From the NCBI GenBank assembly GCA_964524005.1, contig CAZGBK010000001.1, positions 133,187 through 197,186 on the forward strand: a DNA stretch of 64,000 nucleotides, in the 5' to 3' direction. The DNA is from an uncultured Enterobacteriaceae bacterium (lineage in GTDB: Bacteria; Pseudomonadota; Gammaproteobacteria; Burkholderiales; UBA3065). The notes under the pieces were generated by a model, which made no database searches, was not told where the DNA came from, and saw nothing but the letters and a program-made list of their open reading frames with translations. The position numbers and the translations under genes are program-made. Of the stretch, positions 62,450 through 64,000 are shown piece after piece (the stretch's first letter is position 1; every line of letters starts with the position of its first letter).

Positions 62450-63220
62450 TTAGAAAGAGCGAGTGACGTAGCCGGTGACTTGGCTTTCGCTGCCGAAGAT
62501 GTTCGACGTGAAAACGTTGCCGGCATCATGTTTGGTGTACATCAAGCCGAGCTCGGTATTGTCAAACGTCGAGCTCAACCGACCAAGGTCATAGGCAAGG
62601 CTGACCTTGTAGTCGTTGTACGAGGTCGTGTTTTCGATCTTCTGATGGCCGTAGTGCAAACCAGCCGTAAAGCCCGAATCGCCGAGCGGAATGTCGGCAC
62701 CCAAGTCGATGTAGTAGGAATTGCGCGCATTGGCAAAGCCGAAAACGTCGTCGGAAAGGGCGTGGCTGTACTTTGCATAGAACCAGCCGTACGAAACCTG
62801 ACCATAGGCTTCAAGGGTGTTGCCCTTCGGCAGACCAGGGTTGCCCAAACCTTTTCCTGGATACCAGTAGTACAGCAAGCCAACGTCATAACCGATTCCC
62901 GTGTCGCCAATCTCGTTGGCAAAACCACCATAGATGTCAATCTCGGCGCTACCAGTCTGATTGTCCCCGTCACGGATCCAGGACACGTTCGACGCCCAAG
63001 TGCCGATGTAGAAACCACTCGAGTGCGAGTAATCGAACCCACCCTGTAACGCCGGGTCCTCGTTGGTCTGGCTGATACCCCGGAAGATGTACTGGCTGAA
63101 CAGACCAACATTCGCCGAGAAACTGTGCGGAGACTCTGGAGCGGCCGCTTCTTCAGCGAAAGCCGCCGGGGCCGAGAGCAGAAGAGCGCCAAGGGCGCAG
63201 GCTGAGATGGAACGAAGCAT
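62450..63220 (-). CDS. TorF-family (TIGR02001) outer-membrane beta-barrel porin, paralog 2
   Basis: 256 aa with the same signal peptide end, N-terminal and C-terminal blocks as 45324-46115. First gene of the porin-glnK-amtB unit. Confidence 0.8.
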   Translation of the reverse strand: MLRSISACALGALLLSAPAAFAEEAAAPESPHSFSANVGLFSQYIFRGISQTNEDPALQGGFDYSHSSGFYIGTWASNVSWIRDGDNQTGSAEIDIYGGFANEIGDTGIGYDVGLLYYWYPGKGLGNPGLPKGNTLEAYGQVSYGWFYAKYSHALSDDVFGFANARNSYYIDLGADIPLGDSGFTAGLHYGHQKIENTTSYNDYKVSLAYDLGRLSSTFDNTELGLMYTKHDAGNVFTSNIFGSESQVTGYVTRSF

Positions 63221-63262
63221 GTTGTTTTCCTTTCAACAAAATTAAACTGCACCAGAGCTAAA

Positions 63263-63277
63263 GCACAAGTCGTGCCA
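63263..63277 (-). promoter_or_regulatory. Sigma54 (-24/-12) promoter CTGGCACGACTTGTGCT for porin-glnK-amtB
   Basis: The minus strand reads TGGCACG-N4-GTGCT, one mismatch from TGGCACG-N4-TTGCW. The -12 element lies ~43 nt upstream of the porin ATG. Confidence 0.6.
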
Positions 63278-63339
63278 GATTTTTTTCTTCTCTATAGACA
63301 AAGGCTTGCGTATTTTTTAAGCATTCCAAATGCGTATGT

Positions 63340-63356
63340 TGCACCGCACAGGTGCC
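63340..63356. promoter_or_regulatory. NtrC-type enhancer site TGCACC-N5-GGTGCC
   Basis: 11/12 match to TGCACC-N5-GGTGCA, centred ~95 nt upstream of the predicted sigma54 transcription start. Confidence 0.5.
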
Positions 63357-63370
63357 ATTCTTCAGGCCCG

Positions 63371-63387
63371 CGCACCCCATCGGTGCA
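63371..63387. promoter_or_regulatory. NtrC-type enhancer site CGCACC-N5-GGTGCA
   Basis: 11/12 match. Its centre is 31 bp from the first site (three helical turns), like the tandem sites at glnAp2. Confidence 0.5.
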
Positions 63388-63516
63388 ATGACGGACGCAT
63401 CCACTATCAAGCCATTGCTACACTGGGCTCGCCTTCCCTGCTATCGCAACGGCTCGCGCGACGGTCTGATCGGCACGCCAACCCGGGTCGCAACAGCAAA
63501 TACCGCGAGGTTCTCC

Positions 63517-63756
63517 ATGCAAAACACCCAAGCTTTCATCGACCAGGTCAGTGACCGCATCGCCGCACTAGCAGCCAGCAGCCCAGCGCGCGATCTACAG
63601 CGTAATGTGCGCGCACTGCTAGGCCCGGCTCTGCAACGACTCGAACTGGTTTCGCGCGAGGAATTCGACGTACAGCGACAAGTGCTGGCGCGCGCCCTGG
63701 AACGCGTGCAGGCACTCGAACAGCGCATCCGCGAGCTCGAGCAGAAGCGCGGCTGA
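63517..63756 (+). CDS. ubiK: Ubiquinone biosynthesis accessory factor UbiK (YqiC/BMFP family)
   Basis: 79 aa coiled-coil protein with LVSREEFDVQRQVL and a C-terminal LEQRIRELE. Start chosen at ATG 63517; the ORF extends to 63352 over the NtrC sites. Confidence 0.6.
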   Translation: MQNTQAFIDQVSDRIAALAASSPARDLQRNVRALLGPALQRLELVSREEFDVQRQVLARALERVQALEQRIRELEQKRG

Positions 63757-63771
63757 AGCGCGGAGTCGGCG

Positions 63772-64000
63772 GTGGCGCTGGCCGTCATCCGCAGTCGCGC
63801 GCTCAGTGGTGTGCGTGCCGACCCGGTCGCGGTCGAAGTCCACCTTGGCAATGGCCTGCCTTGCTTCACTCTGGTCGGACTGCCCGACACCGAAGTCCGC
63901 GAGTCCCGGGATCGAGTACGAGCAGCACTGCAAAACGCCGGCCTCGACTTTCCGGCGCGGCGCATCACCGTCAATCTGGCGCCCGCCGATCTGCCCAAAA
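63772..64000 (+). CDS. yifB: YifB/ComM family Mg-chelatase-like AAA ATPase (N-terminal part, 3' end cut by window edge)
   Basis: GTG 63772, then [48 protein letters not shown]...[14 protein letters not shown], the typical Lon-protease-like N-domain of YifB. Confidence 0.75.
   Translation, partial: MALAVIRSRALSGVRADPVAVEVHLGNGLPCFTLVGLPDTEVRESRDRVRAALQNAGLDFPARRITVNLAPADLPK

Overview
High-GC proteobacterial chromosome segment; the gene order looks betaproteobacterial (Rhodocyclales/Methyloversatilis-like), but that is inference only. I found no IS elements, integrases, tRNAs, rRNAs or CRISPR arrays by eye.

Layout:
- 1-25 kb: housekeeping genes. These are an aroA-cmk fusion, rpsA, ihfB, lapAB, pyrF, ugd, a translationally coupled M61 peptidase + orphan RND permease, three exported proteins, yaeQ, uvrA divergent from an MFS gene + ssb, yraN + BON lipoprotein divergent from rsmI, and pyrC.
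- 25.1-25.4 kb: RNase P RNA (rnpB).
- 25.6-43.6 kb: a complete dcw cell-division/cell-wall cluster (mraZ to ftsZ, then lpxC), preceded by a recognisable mra promoter and a four-repeat MraZ operator.
- 44-63 kb: a nitrogen / C1-amine region. Its core is a full N-methylglutamate pathway cluster for methylamine use (mgdABCD-gmaS-mgsABC, minus strand). Homology-only annotation would call these genes sarcosine oxidase, glutamine synthetase and glutamate synthase.
- Around that cluster: a PuuR-like XRE-cupin regulator + GNAT gene, glnK-amtB behind a sigma54/NtrC-type control region, and two paralogous TorF-type porin genes that bracket about 16 kb as direct repeats.
- 63.5-64 kb: ubiK and the 5' end of yifB/comM.

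Most interesting unexplained feature: a tightly coupled six-gene membrane module (46.2-49.5 kb) just downstream of mgsC. It has three tiny TM proteins, an Eat-like APC permease and two further TM proteins, none with motifs I recognise.

The many long antisense or out-of-frame ORFs in the track are high-GC shadow ORFs and were rejected.
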